Below are positions 61,029 to 64,000 of a stretch of DNA of 64,000 bases, in pieces. A program made the translations under genes and the position numbers. The stretch's first letter is position 1, and each line of letters opens with the position of its first letter. Below the pieces are notes generated by a model. It saw only the letters and a list, made by a program, of their open reading frames with translations. It was not told where the DNA came from and ran no database searches. The stretch is from a bacterium (GTDB lineage: Bacteria; UBA8248): positions 1,632,001 through 1,696,000 of the forward strand of contig OZ253442.1 of assembly GCA_965261085.1 (NCBI GenBank). Reading direction: 5' to 3'.

Positions 61029-61763
61029 TTAGTGGAAATGAATGCCGCCGTTCAGAAGGAGGGTCTGGCCCGTAATGTAGCCGTTTCTAATCATCATCAT
61101 AATGGCGTCGACCGTCTCCTCCACCGTGCCGAACCGCTCCATCGGGTTATGGGGGGTGGAGACTTGTAAGTCTTGCGTCATCATGTCGGTTTTTATTACG
61201 GCGGGCGCCACGCTGTTCATCGTGATGCCTTCTTTCACCAGGGCGGCGGCGTAGGCGTGGGTGAGCCCGTGCATGCCCGCCTTGGAAGCCGCGTAGTGCG
61301 GCCCGACCCGCCCTCCGGTGAAGGCGGCGTTCGATGAGACGTTGACGATTCTTCCCCACCGCGCTTGTTTCATGTCGGGCAGAACGGCCTGTGTGAGTAA
61401 AAACGCGGACTTGAGATTCACGTCGAGCGTGGCGTCCCAATCGGATTCGGTGAGTTCCTCAAATGGCTTCTTGATGGCGACGCCTGCGTTGTTCACGAGA
61501 ATCGAGACGGGGCCGAAGCGCGCTCTCGTCTCATCCACGAGGCGGCGGACTTGCGCCTCGTCCGATACGTCGGCTTTCACGGGATGCGCCTCTCCGCCCG
61601 CTTCATCTATCAGGCGGCAGGCTTCTCCCGCTTCGTCCGCGCGCTCGCGGTAGTTCACCGCCACGCGGCAGCCCGCGCCCCCTAATGCCAGCGCGCATCC
61701 GCGCCCGATGCCCCGGCTCGCGCCGGTGACGATGCAGGTTTTCCCCTTCAAATCCGGTGGCAA
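61029..61763 (-). CDS. SDR family oxidoreductase (FabG-like)
   Basis: TGASRGIG, NNAG, YAASK. Confidence 0.92.
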   Translation of the reverse strand: MPPDLKGKTCIVTGASRGIGRGCALALGGAGCRVAVNYRERADEAGEACRLIDEAGGEAHPVKADVSDEAQVRRLVDETRARFGPVSILVNNAGVAIKKPFEELTESDWDATLDVNLKSAFLLTQAVLPDMKQARWGRIVNVSSNAAFTGGRVGPHYAASKAGMHGLTHAYAAALVKEGITMNSVAPAVIKTDMMTQDLQVSTPHNPMERFGTVEETVDAIMMMIRNGYITGQTLLLNGGIHFH

Positions 61764-61873
61764 CTCGGGGCCCTCACAGAATGAGAATATGAACGCCCAT
61801 CCTAATCCATACGCCGCGAGATGGGCAGTCGAGATGGGGATTTTTGTTATGGTTTGAGAAATCTACAAGAAGA

Positions 61874-61902
61874 TTGACAGTGAGAAACGAGAAGTATATT
61901 TT
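61874..61902 (+). promoter_or_regulatory. Putative sigma70 promoter for the repeat/RT locus
   Basis: TTGACA (61874-61879), 17 bp, TATTTT (61897-61902), 18 bp before repeat 1. Confidence 0.55.
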
Positions 61903-61920
61903 CAAATTGCGTATCCGTGA

Positions 61921-62447
61921 TCGTCGCCGGGCATATATTGTGCGCCGGAAAGACGGGAAGCGGGCCACCATTTGTCGGTAACGTTCCGATGAAGGGTGGA
62001 CGGGTTGCCGACGGATGTGTCTTATCAGACCCATTCGCAGGTCCCGTGAAGCAACAGGTTAGCCTTGCCTCAGGAATGACCGTTGCCCTCGATGTGGAGG
62101 TCCAGATCGAGTGTCGGGCGGTCAATGGGGCAAATTATAGGCTGCGCCTGTCCGGGGCGGTCGATTTGGACTTGCTTTCCTCGCGAAAAAGGTACAATGC
62201 TTTAAGGAGGAACGCACGATGAAATCGCACCCATGCAAAAACGTGCCAACTTCCGAGTTGGACATGTAGCTATCAGATTTGTTCACGTGATAGCGCTTGC
62301 AGTTACGTTGCTCGTCGCCGGGCATATATTGTGCGCCGGAAAGACGGGAAGCGGGCCACCATTTGTCGGTAACGTTCCGATGAAGGGTGGACGGGTTGCC
62401 GACGGATGGGTCTTATCAGACCCATTCGCAGGTCCCGTGAAGCAACA
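61921..62447 (+). repeat. Two 136-bp structured direct repeats (61921-62056, 62312-62447) with a 255-bp spacer; candidate RT-associated ncRNA
   Basis: Copies differ at one base (62018 T vs 62409 G); internal pairings ACGGGA/TCCCGT and CATTTGTCGGTAAC/GTTGCCGACGGATG. Confidence 0.9.
62219..62269 (+). CDS. Putative 16-aa peptide MKSHPCKNVPTSELDM
   Basis: TAAGGAGG SD 8 nt upstream of ATG; TACAAT just upstream. Confidence 0.35.
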   Translation: MKSHPCKNVPTSELDM

Positions 62448-62506
62448 ATGCTTCCAGAGGCAAGGCGAGGCAATCCGACGTCGCCTGCCCCAGAGATCCT
62501 TTAGTG

Positions 62507-64000
62507 GTGAACTTATTTATTGAAGCAACAAAACAGTCTTCTCTTCGCCATGCATGGTACAGGATCCGTGCAAATGGTATCCGATCACCGCAACAAGAGA
62601 CCCGTGATGCCATTAATGAATTTGAACGCGCTGCTGAGAACTATATTGTCCGTGTTCAGAGAAGATTACGTAATGGCAGCTTTTTGTTTGAACCACAAAC
62701 AGGTGTTAGGAAGAAAAAGCGAAGTGGCGGAAAAAGGGGCATCGTCATGGCCCCTATTCAAAACCGAATCGTCGAGCGTGCTTGGCTGAACTGTCTGCAA
62801 AAACATGTGCCCTTTGTCCGCAATGTGATTCAGACGCCGACGAGCGTAGGCGGCGTTCCTGATCGAAGCGTTCCGCATGGACTACTTCTCATCCGTGGTT
62901 CTATGCGCGAAGGAAAAAAGTGTTTCATTCGGGCGGATATTTCGGGATTTTTTGACGGAATCCCGCGTCGCGATGTCATCTGCACATTGGGGCAGCATAT
63001 TGATGATGGCAATTTCCTGAAGACTTTGGAAGCTGCAACCGAAGTAACCTTGGAGAATGAAAAAGCGCTCGGTGAAGATCGGAAGCTTTTTCCGACTGAT
63101 AGAGAAGGTGTAGCACAAGGATCACCTCTCTCCGCCTTGTTCGGCAATATTCTACTTCATAAATTTGACAAGCAGTTTAATGAACGAGGGATTGTATGCG
63201 TTCGCTTCATAGATGATTTCATCATGCTTGGCGAACGACAAAGTGATGTACGCAAGGCGTTTGAGAATGCAAATGTGCATCTGGAGGATCTTGGTCTCAA
63301 ATGCCATGACCCTTTCAAGAGTGAAACGTCCCAAGGCAAGGCGCAGTATGGCCTTGTTGAAAGTGGTTTTATCTTTCTTGGTTACGATATTCGGCCTGGC
63401 CTTATGCAACCGTCAAAGCAAGCACGGAAGACGTTCTTAAATACGCTGGATCGTCATCTTAGATATGGTCGAGAAGCGATTTTAGATGTTTTGAGCGCGC
63501 AGGACAGCTTCGCGCATCGGCAACGTTATGTGCAGACTTTGGCTCTGCTAGATCGAGTTGTCCGTGGCTGGGGAAACTCGTTCGCTTATTCAAATGCGAC
63601 AGCTACAACGAATGACCTTGACAAACAAATCGAGCTTAAGATTGAGCAGTTTCGTGATTGGTATCGGCGCAAATTGCGCGATGCTGATTGGAAGGCAAAA
63701 CGCCGGGCTGGCGGCGTGTGCCTCCTGGCTGATATCGAGTCGAAAAGCCTTGATGAGCTTCCATTTCGCTTAGGAGAAAGAAAACGATATCGGCGAACAA
63801 AAGGTATGATCGTTGTTTCGACCGACGGTTCGGTGATCGGTGCTGGTCCTCGTGCTGGACGCGATAAGGGCCCAGGTGGCTGGGGAGTCGTTTTTCATAG
63901 TAGTGGTAAAGAGGCGAGTGGGAACGCTTCTGATGTGACGAATAACGAAATGGAGTTGGTGGCTGTCATTGAGGCGCTAAAGCTAACGCCTCCAGGAAGC
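62507..64000 (+). CDS. Group II intron-like (G2L4-type) reverse transcriptase fused to RNase H (runs off the window)
   Basis: Hand translation of 498 stop-free codons from GTG: KRGIVMAPIQNRIVERA, ADISGFFD, GVAQGSPLS, RFIDDF (FIDD 63206-63217), FLGY, RGWGNSF; then STDGS, GPGGWG, TNNEMELVAVIEAL. Confidence 0.92.
   Translation, partial: MNLFIEATKQSSLRHAWYRIRANGIRSPQQETRDAINEFERAAENYIVRVQRRLRNGSFLFEPQTGVRKKKRSGGKRGIVMAPIQNRIVERAWLNCLQKHVPFVRNVIQTPTSVGGVPDRSVPHGLLLIRGSMREGKKCFIRADISGFFDGIPRRDVICTLGQHIDDGNFLKTLEAATEVTLENEKALGEDRKLFPTDREGVAQGSPLSALFGNILLHKFDKQFNERGIVCVRFIDDFIMLGERQSDVRKAFENANVHLEDLGLKCHDPFKSETSQGKAQYGLVESGFIFLGYDIRPGLMQPSKQARKTFLNTLDRHLRYGREAILDVLSAQDSFAHRQRYVQTLALLDRVVRGWGNSFAYSNATATTNDLDKQIELKIEQFRDWYRRKLRDADWKAKRRAGGVCLLADIESKSLDELPFRLGERKRYRRTKGMIVVSTDGSVIGAGPRAGRDKGPGGWGVVFHSSGKEASGNASDVTNNEMELVAVIEALKLTPPGS

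Noticed and set aside
61921-62447. DGR template/variable repeat pair next to the RT
   Set aside because: The copies differ at a single T/G position rather than at adenines, and neither lies at the end of a credible target gene.
61917-62523. ORFs 61917-62222 and 62233-62523 as duplicated proteins
   Set aside because: The shared peptide only reflects the DNA repeat; no SD or recognisable domain.
61900-64000. Retron or bona fide group II intron
   Set aside because: No retron NAxxH/VTG motifs and no interrupted host gene. GTGCG occurs inside both repeats rather than at a boundary. The active site is FIDD with RNase H rather than an En domain. Intron domain V cannot be checked because the window ends.

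Overview
GC-rich bacterial chromosomal window. It is dominated by catabolic and transport operons: three LLM flavin oxidoreductases, two UbiD decarboxylases, TRAP-TAXI and Liv-type ABC transporters, a CoA-transferase, an XDH-family Mo-hydroxylase, and a B12 uptake operon under tandem cobalamin riboswitches. It also holds tRNA-Ala(GGC) and a dense mobilome: an intact IS1182, MITEs sharing its ends, a transposase-less IS1595-type cassette, several REP-like families around a DUF559 nuclease, and an MTase-HNH islet. Two key genes are missed by the ORF track. (1) At the right edge, a reverse transcriptase with an FIDD active site is fused to RNase H (62507 to beyond 64000). It is preceded by a promoter, two near-identical 136-bp structured direct repeats, and a spacer holding a 16-aa ORF with a perfect SD. 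(2) An AhpD/CMD-like selenoprotein (CxxU plus SECIS) lies at 29289-30092. All product calls come from motif recognition by eye; no searches were run.
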